Positions 41,212 through 55,589 of a stretch of DNA of 64,000 nucleotides are shown in pieces. Numbering within the stretch: position 1 is the stretch's first letter; every line of letters starts with the position of its first letter. The notes beneath the pieces are model-generated. The model had not been told where the DNA came from. It saw only the letters and a program-made list of their open reading frames with translations, and searched no databases. The position numbers were made by a program, and so were the translations under genes. The stretch is taken from NCBI GenBank assembly GCA_965153455.1, contig OZ234493.1:310001-374000 (forward strand), given 5' to 3'. The DNA comes from Sphagnum compactum (taxonomy: Eukaryota).

Positions 41212-43246
41212 ATGGAAGAAGTGGTGGTGCGGGGTGGTGCTGTTGCATCATGTTCAGCTCTGATAACTTCAGGACAAATATTTGGAAACAATCGGGTAGT
41301 AGAGAGATCGTCTGGAAGGATTTCGCTTGTTCCTAGTGTTTCGGGAACAAAAGGAGCTGTTGCCTCCCAATTGAAGCATGGTGTTGTGCTGTTGCCTTCC
41401 AAGCTCTGGGGAGCGTCTGTGAAACGACGTGGTGGCGACCATGCACAGTTTAAGAAGTATGGAGGAGATCAGTGCAAATTGAGGTCAGGAGGAACTGTTG
41501 TAGGACCTGCTCGCTGCCACAAGATGTTTGTGCCAGGTAATTTCTATCAAAAATCCAGAAGCTTGCGCACAAATCTATGTCCCCGCTAGCTACCTGTGAA
41601 AAGAAAAGAAGCGAGAGAGGTACACGACAAAACATTTCTTACGCGAGTAGGTCTTATTGTGGGAGTGGGTGGTGGGTGGGGGGTTTAGGGTTTGGAGAGA
41701 AATCTCCTGAAGCAAAGGCAGCGGAAGCTCTTCACAATTTCTTCACTTATGTGGCTGTCAAGATTGTGGCATCTCAGCTTCAGGTTTGGCCTTTTCCTGC
41801 TGCAAACCTGACTCAGAGGGGGAGAAAGCACAAACCAAAATGGCTTCAGAGACAAGAGTGTATATCATCCTATTGTAGGAATGAGTGTCCAAAGAGGGGG
41901 GAAAAAGCCCAGAAGACTACACTGGAGTCTGTAGTAGTTCCATTCTTTGTTTGTGCTTTGAATATGGGTTTGCTTTTGCAGGACTACAACAAGGAGGCAT
42001 ATGCAGATTTGATGAAGTTTCTGGATACAGTTTCACTGAAAGATGGTGACAAGTTCTGTGCAGCACTAATGCGAGAATCAGCACGGCACAAAAACCTTGG
42101 TAAGCCAAATGCAAACAATACCCTCCTGCCACACGCTTCAGAACCTGTGTTTGGCCATGCGTTTTGCTCAGACTGTCCATACTTGGAATCCCTCAAATTT
42201 TTTTGGTGGTAGCAAGTTTTAGGGTTGCAGAATGTGGAGAGGAAGAAGAGGTAAAATTTGGTAAAGCAGTTTGATAGGGGGGTTTGTGTGGTGAAAGAAT
42301 GACATCCACAATGATTTGGTTTCTTTGATGATGGGGTGGTGGCTGGATGTTTTGTACGCTTCCTCAATACCTCTTGAATGTATAGCACTTCGAATAATGG
42401 AAGTAAGTGTTCATCTTCCGTTCATTTTGCTCTCACCATCAATCCTATTTCTTCGCTCAGCTCAGATGAGACTAATTATATTTGCTGCTGTTTCTCTGCT
42501 CAGCTCAGACAAGCTAATTCCATATGCTCAAAACACTGAAGAGTCAAACTTGTAGAACTTGATAGTATCTTAATTCCAAACAATTTCCAGCAATCACTAA
42601 CCTAAAACTGACTGTGAAACATGCTATTGATGATGGACATGCAGGCAGATTGAGAACCCCTTGATGGGTCCATGATCTGCCAGACCATAATTTACCTGAC
42701 AAAGAGCATGGCTGTTAAATTCTAGAAGATTGGCTAACTATGCAATTTTGAGTTGAGGATTGTCCACCCCGCTGAATAAATATGTTGGAGGTTACATCAG
42801 TTCCAGTTGTTCCATCATCCAGTGATGCCAAAGTGTGCACCTCCACCTTTAGCTACTTGTCAAATTACAATTGTAGCAATTTAGGAAACTGGTACCCACA
42901 AGTTACACCAAGGGCTAGGCATTCACAAGATAGGTTCAAGGAGGTTTGCTTCTTGGAATAATGATGTTTATGTGGGAAGTTACAGGTTAGGTCAGCATAT
43001 GCCAATCAAGATTTTGAGTGGGAGAATGTCAAAGACTTGTCACTCAAGGTTTGCACTTAAGCCTTTGACAATTTTGCCTGTGTTTGACTGCTATATGGAT
43101 GACCTTAAGATTCAGTTGCTCTTGCTCTTGCATTGCAACATGAACATCCACTTGAGATTTGTGGTTTGACATATTGGCAGCACATTGAGGAGAGTAACAC
43201 AGCATTAATGCGCAAGTTTATCATTGAGACCAGCGACATGGCATGA
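41212..43246 (+). CDS. RBCX1: Chloroplast Rubisco assembly chaperone RbcX (RbcX1 type) with transit peptide
   Basis: Exons 41212-41536, 41689-41783, 41982-42099, 42386-42402, 42986-43048, 43181-43246 join in phase. MFVPGFGEKSPEAKAA..LHNFFTYVAVKIV..DGDKFCAALMRES.RH.NLALRIMEVRSAY..DFEWEN. Confidence 0.93.
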
Positions 43247-46129
43247 CCTCAGTGCCCTGAGATTTGTGCTGATTCCTGATGCTACTGATATTTGCCTTCC
43301 CCCATTGAACAAGTGTGCAACTGGATGCCAGCTTCCTTAACAAATGGTGATAACACTGCAGATGCTATGTCAGTCTCGAGTTATCAGTCCCTGTAATACA
43401 ATGTGCCAGTGAGTTTCTACCAATATCAGTGATATGCACCCTTGAGTTCATAGGGGGTTTGGGAAAATGTACCCCTTCTACTTGACTCTGGCTTGATGCC
43501 AGAGTTTGTATAATATATTCACCTACCTATATATATAGCAGATTATCACATACTTATCCACACCCACTGAATGGAACAGAGTTTTCTTCTGGAGTTTTCT
43601 CTGCAATCTAATTGTTGTCTCTGTTTGATGCCATAGTTACGCCTCATTAATGCAAGAACAGTCATTTCCCTAATTGACTTCACGCTTTTGCTCATATGCA
43701 AAACATGGTTCAGCTTCGGAATTTCTACCAATTGAAGCATCAGACTCTGTTTGGTGTCTCTGGCACTGCCATATAGATCAGTCTGGTGTAAACTCACCCC
43801 TGCCTTGAAGAATGAGATCCAAATACATCTCTTTATGATTGTTGGCTTACAATTAGTTTTTGTAGAAAAAGGGATCAATACCAGATGCACCGGATGTTCC
43901 ATCAATTTTTTAAAAGTGAGCTAGAATTTGAAACTTTTGTTACTTTCAATCCCATTCTTCTTTGTGTTCCCATTTTCAACAGCTCCATGTTGGTGAAGTC
44001 ATGAGTCCATCTTCATTAGAACCTCTAATTGTTCAATGGTGAAGGATCAAATGTTGAACATGCAATGAAATCGTCCAAGTTGGGATCAAATGTCCCAAAT
44101 TACACCTCATAAAATGCATCAAAATCAAAATTGCAAAAAGTTACCCAATCAAATTCAGAATAATATTTGCAATTTACGTGAACCTAGTTATAAGTTTAAT
44201 ATATTCACACCCATTCAATTATAGTGTAGAACAGTATTTGAAATTTGGGTATGTTTTTAGGCTATTGAATTTTCTCTAAATTCCAAATACTATTCTAAAT
44301 TTAACTACTAAGTTCAAAAGTTACACAATTAGGTTTCAATTCTATCTGCAGTTTACACTCAACCTCAAACCAACTACTTATAAATTTTGAATAGTGTTTG
44401 GGAACTATAAGTTTTGAATAATAGTTGGGATTAACACCCAATAACTGTTTAGAATTTATAAGCTTAGAATGTTATTTGAATCAACACCAACAGAGCTGAA
44501 GTTATTAAGTAAGGTTGCTTAGTAGTGATAGAATTGTAACGTCCTTCAGACATGTAATTTGCACATACACTACGAAACCAAGATGCATCACAACCTAAAA
44601 TCAAGCTTAAAAAATGAACGAAATTCCTATTTATTGTTATTTGTGGGCCTCGTTAGAGGCAGCCAAAAAATTACGATACGTCGCTATTTGTACCCTGCGC
44701 ACGGTATTCTTTAGTAAAAGGCGAAAGAATAGTTCGCTTTGCGCTGAGCACGCGACAACATGTGAAGATGTCTGTGGGGGGCTGGTTTATATACAATTCA
44801 GTTCAATGAATGTTGGCAAGGAATATGGGATAATAGATCGACGGAAATTCAGATCGAGCCTCTTGGGTGCTGGTTCTTTGTTCTTTCAGTCTGTAACACT
44901 CTTGGTTCCTCTGTTGAGCGACAGACAGATGCCTTGGCAGCTCGAATTACTCGAGCACTTCTTCTTAAGCATCTTGAGAACACCAAACTAATTGTTTTCT
45001 GGAACGGCAATCTCTTTTTTTTTTTTTTTTTCTTTTCTGTTCTCAAGCCTTTGAAAGACTTGCAGTTTTGTAGCTTCACACTTTTGTGAACTAATCAGTT
45101 CACAAAAGCTAGAGGAAAGGATATTCTTGTAGTATCTGTGAAACTGCTGCATCTCTGTCTTTTGGGTATCATTATGTGTAGCTCTGGTATAGAGTAGAGG
45201 CTATTTGTTCTTCGCTCTTGAATTTGCCTCCTCATAGCAAAGATTGGGGGAAATTTTTCTCTGACTTTGTGAAACACATTTGTGGTAGCAGGGATTGTAT
45301 TGGGTGGCAGCTTGATGTGTCTCTGGCAGAAAAGCTTCAAGGCCTGATGATGCTCTTTGGAGTCAGAGGCTGAGCCTAATGCATCAACCAATTAAACAAA
45401 AGTGAGGAAAATGTGGTGAGTACAGAAGCCAGCATAGTGCTCAAATTGACTTTTGTTAAAGGCAAAGTTATCTGGATGGGTGAAATGACAGCTTAGATTC
45501 ACCAAATTACAGCTGTGAACACTTTGTTGGTGGACATCTTTAGCATTCAAACTCACAAGTATTGGCTTGTTATACTCAGAGTTCAGATATTTTGCATTGA
45601 TTGCTGGTCAAACTGGACATCTAGCCAAACTGCCTAATGCAAATTTGGCAGAAGGATATGTAATTTGACTAACTTCACAAAGTAGCCTACCTGGCTAGAA
45701 AAAATCTGGCAGAAGCACATGAACCTCAAGCTAATCTGCCTGACATGATGTAAAGGCCCTCTCCAGCTTCTAATGCTCTTGTGATCACACTTCCAGTCGA
45801 TAAACCAGAGACTATAACCTAAAACACACACTCCTGTGAGATGTTAACTCCCATTTCATCCAGCAGGTAGGTTGTATCTAATCGCAGGCTAGCTAAGTGC
45901 TCTTGTGCTGAAGACCGATAGGACTTAGTGGTGTGCTGAAACTATGGGAAAGCTAAAATCTCCAGTAGACACATGTTGCAACTTGCCAACCTGGGATCTT
46001 ACTTATGAACCCTAATAAGTAACAGGGCACAACGTGAAACCCTAATCCAAGTTGCTATCAACAGTTCAATAGATGGGTGCAGTGAGAGAGGATAACCTGA
46101 CCTGAATGATCTTTATGATCCCTTTCAAC

Positions 46130-46580
46130 ATAATGGTCTTTTCTGATTCTCATCAGAACCACTTTCCTCAGCATCTTCACTGGCAGCGCCAAATTCATGG
46201 TGGTTGTGCTTCTTGGAATGTTTACTGCTAAGTGTTTGTGCTTGTGGTGTTTTTTCTTCCTCTTCTCCATCTCCTCAGTGTCAGCACTACCAGTGTCTGA
46301 TTCTGAGCTCCACTCTTTTCTAGACCTTTTGTGATGAGCTTTCAGCTCACCACGCTCCTTTCTTTTAGAATCAGCTTTTGCATGCAATGCCATTTCCAGC
46401 CGCTGCTCCCATTTCAAGGGGGCCTCCTTCTTGATTAGGCCTTCTGCTTCTTTGCCTCAAGCAGCTTGAGAAACTGTCCATAGGTCTGCTACCATGGCAC
46501 ACCATCCCGACCACACCAGTGCTACACCTGTAGTAGCATCAGTGGAAGGAACAGATGCCATAGAGTGCATCTCACATATG
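46130..46580 (-). pseudogene. Frameshifted gene fragment (…YGQFLKLLEAKKQK / KKEAPLKWEQRLEMA… then Lys/His/Ser-rich tail)
   Basis: Protein-like segments are spread over different frames with in-frame stops; no intact start-to-stop model found. Family not securely named. Confidence 0.55.
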
Positions 46581-48037
46581 GAAAACACCAATGTTAGCAG
46601 ATTGCCAAGGCGGCAGATCATACTGAAGAAAATTTGGCATTCTATCTCATGAAAGAAAAAAGGCAAAATACAAAATCTACTCACCTCTGAACAACGCATG
46701 CTCTTGGTTTGATCCTCACTTGTAGATTTCAATATGCACCACGAGAATGAGAATATCCAGAAGTTAAACACTGACAAATTTCTCTTAACCTGAAACCATT
46801 ATCAACATGGGAAGTCAAGTTGCCACACAAAGCTAAAGAAATCATCTGGATAGAAACACAGCATCCAGAAGGTAAAAATTTCAGAACCATGCAAAAGCCA
46901 TGCCATGAATGAAGTCTGCTGTAAATTGGTGAACCATTCATCTTTGAGCTAAACAATACATTTGTTTCTTACAAGTTATTTTGCACCTTTTGGCATCATT
47001 TATTTGCAATGTTGTTTTTAAGATGGGCCTAAAAGTTCTTTCTCAAATAATCTTATAATCATAAAACAACAACATTATATGTGAATTTTCACATGATGCT
47101 TGTAAGGGAGGAATGTGTTTTGCTAATTTCAATGCACTCAAGATCCTTTTTAGTTCAACTTTTTACATGTAAACAAGGCTTTTTCAAAATCACAATTATA
47201 ACTCATGCACAAATTGCCATGCAACCTCCCTTTGATGACAACCCATCACTAATCATGGCACAACATATTGACTTCCATGATTTTGTGCTATAATCAACTT
47301 GAATACTTGAAATTTGCTAAGATCAATAATGTGTTTGTTCTAATAATATATCCTCAACCCTCAACCCTAAACCTTCTTTGATTTTTAAATATTGAAAACA
47401 AATTTGATCGAAATATTAAACTATTAAAAATCTTCAATTGCAACATTTTTCACATGTGAAAAAGTAAATAATAATAGATGTTTTAATTATTTGAAAATTT
47501 TATTCCAAAATATTTGGCAGTGGATATCATTCAAAAACTCAACATGTTTTATTGTCGCATTCAATTCACATTCACTTTGAAATAATGAAAATTCTTGGAA
47601 GTATTAAAAAATTTCCCATATCTAAAACATATAAAAAATCAAGCAATTTCCATGATCATTTATTGATTAATTGACTGCATTTTATTTTTCAACCCATTTT
47701 TCACACATCAATTTGGAATGGCCATCATGGGGGTTATAAATTACATTTTGTAAAATTCATCCTTTATTGATTATTTTCCTAATTACATAATGTGGAAAAA
47801 AGTTTAATTTAACATTTAAATATGCCACTTGTTTGTAAAAACTTCAAATTGATATAAATAACTTTATTCAATTGGTCATTTTTGTCCGAAATTTTTATGT
47901 TTCAAATATTATCCAATTATTGCAAATATGATGGGGAATCATTTTATTCAACTCACCATGGACACATATCAAAATGCATACATAATTGGAAACCCGTCAT
48001 TTTGGAACTCCTTGACCATTATTTGTGTGTTTGATTT

Positions 48038-49918
48038 TAATACGAAAAAAGGGGTGTTTTATGACTAGCTTTGTAACTCAACTTTTGAATTGCAGAGGAC
48101 ACTTTCCATAACCTGTATTTGTATTTATATGTTGTGAGTGCCAACAAACAAATTGCAACTCAGTCAAAACAACTCATTTTCAACTATTATGCAATTTCAT
48201 TGTAATTGCACCCATGATGTTATATTGATGTCATTGATTGTCATTCATGTATTAAAATCTGACACATGGCACTATGAAATTTTTTGGACATAAAAGTGAT
48301 TTTTTTTCAAAATTATTTATCTCCATCATACATTATGATTATTAATGATGGTCTGAGATTGTGACATGTGGCATAATAATTTTTTGCCACATGGTATATT
48401 AATTATAATTTTGATAAAATAAATAAATCTAAATATCTATTTTAGTAGATAGGTAGGTCGTACATAACCATAGGTAGGTAGGTGGTAGGTCTTAAAACCT
48501 ACCTACTTACTTACTTACATAGGTAGGTAGAAAAATAGGACCTATTTACTTACATATGTAGGTAAGTATGTAGGAAAACACTAGACTAAATGAATTAAAA
48601 AATAATCATGAAATTTTATTTATTTATTTTATGTTTGCCCTTTAAGTTAAGCTTTTTTGAACTCATCCCAAAATGACATTTGTATTTTAATGTGAGAATA
48701 TGAGAGAACAACCCTTCTTTATATAATTTGTAACATGGGATTTAAAAACAAAACATATGGGTTAAATTTTGTTGTTGTTCATTAGTTGCAAATTAAGTTG
48801 TAATTGAGTTGTAACTATAACACTTAAGCACTCAAAGTAGGCTAGATCCAAGGGGAGGGCTCCATTGTTTTTGGTGTCAAATTTTTTTTGAACCCTTCTT
48901 ATTGGCATCTCTAGGGCATTAAAAATCATCAAAAATGAAATAAAATCAAGAAAGTTATGGCCCCCCAAAGTAGAGGGGGTCAAAAATTCAAAAAAAACAA
49001 AACCATCGAATGTTACAAAGGCCAATTCCCGAACACCTAAAAGATCCTTGTATGTTGCTCTATTGCTATTAGTTCAAAGATGATTTGTAGAACTTCAAAT
49101 GACACTCCTATAATATTTTAAATAATTTAAAATGAATAATAAATAAGAAAGTTATGAGGTTTGACAATAGGAAGGGTTCAAAGAAAAAAAATGAAAAAAA
49201 TGTGTTTTGTAAGTTGGAAATCTTATTTCTCTTCTTGTTACTTTTTCATTACTCCTTTTCCTTTACATTTCAAAGATGATTTTTAAACCTTGAGGTAGCA
49301 CTCCCATAACATTTTAAATCACTCAAAATGAAACACATTTGATGAAGATATAAATAATTGATGATTATGTATTTTTATTAAGTTATAAGTAATTATATTA
49401 TAGTCATAACATAGTTGAATAATAGTACTTTAGTAATCGTGCACTAGTGGTTATGCTAAATGTATAAATGGGAATCATAGTAAAAAACTAGTTGCAAATG
49501 TATTCCATAATGGGTGGTGAAAATGTGAACATGTGGCATGATTACATGTATGTACATTATACCTAGTTGTAATTCATAATTGTTGTTTTAGTGGCACATT
49601 TACAATAGTTCTAAAGTAGTTGCCACTTGCAACTATAATGCAACTCTTGAAAAAGTCAAACATGGTTGATTACATTTATATGTACAGTGCGTATAAATTA
49701 TCGTATAAAAGACCCATTTTTAACTCACTTGCAATTATAATACAATCAACTGATTTTCTAATGTGACAATTTATTTATTAATACACCGTACTTCTAAGGG
49801 GATAATTGCACACTAGTTGTAATACCCAAGAATTAGTTGGATTATAGTTGTATATGAGTTTTTTTAAAATTTTAGTTGCAAGGTAATGTAGTTTCAACGG
49901 ATGTGATTTCTCATAGTG
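48038..49918. mobile_element. AT-rich non-autonomous CACTA-like element
   Basis: Right end reads CACTATGAGAAATCAC on the minus strand (49918 inward). Recurrent TGCAACT/AGTTGCA motifs inside. Left end degenerate and uncertain. Confidence 0.4.
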
Positions 49919-52459
49919 AATTTCATATTTATGATTTGATATACTCTGATAAAAAAATCTAATTACTAGTACATAATTGTTGATTTTCAATACGTTTTTG
50001 CCTTTCTTTTTTTATCATGCTTTGTTAGTCCATCCATCAATAATTTGGTTTATCATCATGTGTTTATAATGAATTTATCAACCCAATAAACATTCACACC
50101 TTTCAATATGCACATCATGGTGAACCTAACAGCACACACAATGTTGTTGACATAATTAAAAGTTCTTTTAATTGTTAATAAATTCATTTTCATATGAAGG
50201 TCCATCACAAAACACATTTTTTTGTTTCACCAACCTTTTGACTTTGTCTTTGATTCTTGAAACATTGACTTTCATGTGTTCTATGAGAAAACATGTTTCT
50301 TGCATTCACCCACCTCTCAATTGGTTTCACAATGTGTTAGTTCATTGTCTTCATGACTATTGTGACCTGTGCCATTGACCACATGTTGTTATTAAATTTC
50401 CTATGACAAAAAATTACCCAATAATTCCAACACCATATGTTTGAAAATTACAAAACCTTCTTGGTGCACATATATCCATTTAAGGTTTTCCAATATTACC
50501 AAAAAAACACCCCCATTTTCTTTTTAAAAATATTTTTAAATTCTTTTGCATGTTTAGTGATGAAAATGTTTAAATGTTTAGTAATTTATACATTGTAGGT
50601 TTAAACATTATGAAATCAACTTTGGCTTTTGAAGGGTACCAAGAACATAAAATGGGCATGTGGGTTGGGAACAACTTTTTTTTCCTTGGTGAACTAAAGC
50701 TTCAAAATCACAAGCATCCAAGCCATACAAAATCCCTTCAAGAAAAAAGGTTTATTTTTTAAAAAATCACCAAGTTCCATTTGTTTCAAGGATAACAATA
50801 ACTAGTATTACTACATTAAACAATCAAGGGCCATCCACTTTTCACCTTTCCTTTTTCACTAAATGTTTTAAGACCTTTTTATCTATCGTCAAACAACAAC
50901 ACATGGATTGTTAACTCTAGCAACTTTCACCATTGTTATCCATCCTTTCAGTCCATTTGTGAGAGCAAGTTCTTCACTTTTTTTCGTTTCACCACCATAA
51001 GGGGTCCAAACATAATAAAAAAAGATGAGGGTGCCAAAGTTAAAATCCTTTTCAAGGATTGCATTTGACATGTGGCATATATATTTTAGTCTGCTATACC
51101 AATTTTTTCATTTTTAATACCCAATTTAACATTGTGTGCTATATATAAATATTTTGATACTACAACTTGATCTTATATCATATATATTATGCATCTATGT
51201 TCTTTACCATTTAAAAATGAATAACTTTTGTTCAATACACATCCTCCAAATTAATCATTTTTTAGGGCCAAAAACACATTTGAATTAGAAATGTCAAAAC
51301 ATATTCTCAACATGAATCACCAATTTCAATTGATGTTGCTTTTTAAATCATCAATATTAAAATCATCTTCAATTTTGAGAAGGAATGGCACAAATTTGAT
51401 ATGAAAGAAAAACTTTAAAAAATAATAATTCCACAAACATATTTTGAATGCTTTAAATATGCAAAAATGATTATTGAAACATCATCAATTTCAAAATTTG
51501 ACACAATTTCAACTTTGCAATTAATGGAGCCTAATTTGATTTCCTTTTTACAATCCAAATTATTGTGCTCCCCATGCAATTTTCAAAACTTAGGATTAAA
51601 ATTTTAAGTTTTACCACATAGCTTGTGGTTCTTTTTATTATGTTTGCACCTTAAGCTTTTCCTACTTTTACTTTCAAGCGTTTATTTCCCACATTATTTT
51701 TTGTAGTTTTTGTTCATTTATCCATTGCCAAACCAATTGTTCCATCAATTTTCATTAAAGGTTTTTTTGTTTAACATCATGTGTGAGCTACATTGTGGTT
51801 CACTAATCATATAATGTTGTTGAAAACTTTAGCTTGAATTATGATGCAAGAAAATGATAATGCAAGTAGGGTTTGGAAAAGATATGCAAAATTTCATTTT
51901 TAGTGGGCACTCCATTTGTGTATTTATACAATATCACCATATTTTAGATTTTTCCATTATGTATGTGTTACCAATTATTGTGACATGAACCTTTCAACAA
52001 TTGTTTATGATTTTTTTGTGTGACTTATATAAGTTTTTAACTTCTCTAGAATTTAGTTAACCACACATTTCATGCTTCAATAGTTGCAATATTTCCAAAA
52101 GTGCACCTATGTTTTCTTAATAATAATTATGCATCCAATATTCCAAAATTTCAAAATAAAAATTGTTCATTGGGAGGAATGTTGATTGGTTATTGACTCT
52201 TAACAATAACTGCCTATGTAGGCTATTAAATAAATAAATAAATAAACCAATCAATTATCAATATCACAACCATGAAATTAACACCCCCAATTATCAATTT
52301 TGCTCAATTATTATTTTTGGGGCAATAAATGTTGATTTTGCATGACAGTTGAACTTCAAATATTACTGATTATAAGATTTGAATTTTTTTAAAAATTTTA
52401 TAAATTTATAAATTTATTTTTTGCTATTTATAACCTTTCTATCGTACTTCAGGTCATTT

Positions 52460-52990
52460 ATAGGGACCTACCTACCTACTTTACTACCCACCGTAAAGTA
52501 CACTTAAGATACCATAAGGACCTACCTACCTACTTTACTACCCAATGTAGAGTACACTCAAGATACTATAAGGACCTACCTACCTACTTTACTACCCACA
52601 CATAGAGTACACTTAAGATACCATAAGGACCTACCTACCTACTTTCCTACCCATGCATAGAGTACACTTAAGATACCATAAGGACCTACCTACCTACTTT
52701 ACTACCCATGCATAGAGTACACTTAAGGTACAATAAGGACCTGCCTACCTACTTTACTATGCACCATAGAGTACACTTAAGATACCATAAGGGCCTACCT
52801 ACCTACTTTACTACCCACTGTAAGTACACTTAAGATACTATAAGGACCTACCTACCTACCTACTTTACTACCCACCATAGAGTACACTTAAGATACCATA
52901 AGGACCTACCTATCTACTTGACTACCCACCGTAGAGTACACTTTAAGATACCATAAGGACCTACCTATCTACTTTACTACCTACTGTAAA
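52460..52990. repeat. Minisatellite, ~10 copies of a 53-58 bp unit
   Basis: Consensus TAAGGACCTACCTACCTACTTTACTACCCACCATAGAGTACACTTAAGATACCA repeated head to tail. Confidence 0.95.
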
Positions 52991-55589
52991 TCTAGGCGAA
53001 TCTTTGGTGTGTGTACGGCCCCTGACACCAAATCTAGTGCGTACGATGGGCTTGTACGACGTTCGTACAGTGCTGAATATTTTAATTAATGCTTTTATCT
53101 AATTAAAGAGTGCTATTAATAAATTCGCATTTAATGCACCATAAATTCTCTAGATAAAAGGTCAGTCAGTAATTATTGAGTGGAAAACATATAAAAATGC
53201 TCAAAATTTGTGTGAAGAATAATTTTAAGAAACTCAGGAAATTATTAATTAATTAATTAGGCTATTAAAAATTTCCCTCTAAGGTTTGTTTTTGGTTTTT
53301 TTTTTTTTTTTGTCATTGAATTATTTTGATAAAATTTGATGAATAAAAACATGCTAAGTTTTCCTCATTTAAAAAAATGGAGTTAAATTTAAAGATTAAA
53401 TAAGGATTAAAAATTTGACATGATTTTAGGCAATTGCATGACGCCTATTCAAGGGGGCGAAATATAAGAACCTTTAGGACCATTGTAAGCTGAAAAAGTT
53501 CATTGACTCATAGTACTATTTCCTAAATCGCCAAATTAATATATAACACTTGAGAAAATATCACAGAATTTTAATATTCATAAGGTGTAAAATAAGTAAT
53601 TGGGATATACTTGTGAATTAACCTTTCCATTAAATCTTAACAACCTATTTTATATTTATTAAAAAAAATCTTCTATCTAGTATATTTATTTGAGGAATTT
53701 TCTATTGATTAAAAAAAATTCATTTGCATACATGCAAAATGTTACATTATTTAGGGTGCTTCAAATGCAAAGAAAAAAAATTGTTCTTAAAAAGTAAAGC
53801 TTTGTTAAAACATACAAGATAACAAGAGTTGGGGGTGTGAATGAAGCACAAGTTTTGAATGTATGTTTTTAATCTAATTTAAATTTAAATTAAATTTAGT
53901 TTAAAAATGTCTAAATGACTTTCTAGAAACTTAAGAAAGGTAGGTAAACTAATTAATTAGGAATTAAGAATGAAATTTTAAAAAAATTATTTATTTGCCA
54001 AAAAAAAATGGAGATTATCATCAATTTTATAATTAATTAAAAAAAAGAGTTCTCTAACGAGGATTGACTAATTCAACTAACTGTAGTAAAGTTTTCATAA
54101 ATTCGGGTTAATTACTAAATCAATTTTATTTTCAGACTCATGAAACCGTGTGTTCAACAGTGATTTTGATCCGTTCGAATTTCCACGTGTCGAGACACGA
54201 GTGGGGTTTCCCAACGAGCCCTTTGATATAGTCAAAAGAAAGCGCGTTTGCGGAAAGGATGAATGATTAATAATTAGCAATGATTTTAAAGTCCTTAACC
54301 GGGATGATATTTGATGGTTATCATTCGTGAGGATGACAGAGGACATTGAGCGTCATCATGTGAAGGACGAACGGACGGACGGACGAGACTTCCGCCGCCG
54401 CCGTCGTCGTCGTCTTCGCGGTTTCTCCTTTTGCTGTGCGCTTGCAGCAGCGTTGCAGCATGTGTTTGCGATTCTTCCAATTTCTTGGTCTTGGATTGCG
54501 GAGATTTCTACCGCCGAAATTCGCTTTATCGATGGCCGACGTCTCCTCCAGAATAATTGTCGTTTCAGTTTATTTTTCCCCCTTTTTTTGTAAATTTTCC
54601 TCAATATTGATTGCAATAATATTTGGTTTTCTGATCCTGGGGAGTTTGGAGGAGCAAGTTGGGGGAGAAGACGAAGAAGAAGCTTCACCATATCCCTCCT
54701 ACTACCTGAGCACAGGCAGAAGAATCTCTTCCTGTTGGTATGGAAATGGTTCTGTCTTTGTTTTCCCACTTTTCGAACCTCGAAAGCTTTCTTTCTAGTC
54801 TCGTTCTTGATCATGTCTGGAGAATGAACTGCATCTCTTCGTCATGAATCTTATTATCTCTAGTCTCGGGGTTCTGCATCTGTCTTAATAATAGCTTTCT
54901 TTTTCTCAAGCAAGTGTGCGATTCTTGAGAGTTTTCATTAGCTGATGATCCGCAGCAAGAGTTTTCTCGCAATATCGGCACAGGTGATTTAGCAAGCTTG
55001 TTGTTGTTCTTTTGGAAAATCTCTGCTCCATTCAATTTTGATCACACATTTTCTGGCGGAATAGAAGATTGTGAACTGTTTTGCAATAGTTTGTGTGGCT
55101 TTGCACAAAGTCTGTTTCGTCAGCCACTGTTTTGTACTCATCATGATTTTCTTCAGTTTTTACTTCCTCGCAAAATCGACAGCATCTTCCGTCATACCAT
55201 GTCGTGACTGCCGCTTGCTCGGTACTCCTCGATGCGGAATGATCTACTTGTGCCTTTTCCGGCCGTTTCTACAGGAGATTTCGCAGGCTGCCTGGACTTG
55301 AACTGTGTTGCAACCGGGGCCCCTCCCCCCCTACATCCTCCCGCTGTGTGCAGTGGATGCGAGCACACTAAACTAGTGTCTGAGATGGTCCCGTCCTAGG
55401 TTTCTGTGCTACAAACGCAATTGTTAGAGATCTTCGCAGAGACGCTTCCCTCAGAAGCTCCATTGGCACTAGGTTGGTCGTCGCCGCATTTCTTGTCTTT
55501 CTTTCATCAATCAGGCATATATTACTTCACACGAGCTGGTACGTGAGACCCGGATCCACACGGTTTCAAGAGCAAATCCTAAAGGGAAA

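Noticed and set aside
52460..52990. CRISPR-like array
   Set aside because: Units are head-to-tail with no unique spacers, there are no cas genes, and the context is eukaryotic. The same applies to 9163-9429 and 39426-39617.
54327..54814. Arg-rich ORFs upstream of CBP60
   Set aside because: They arise from (CCG)n/(CGT)n leader microsatellites rather than coding signal.
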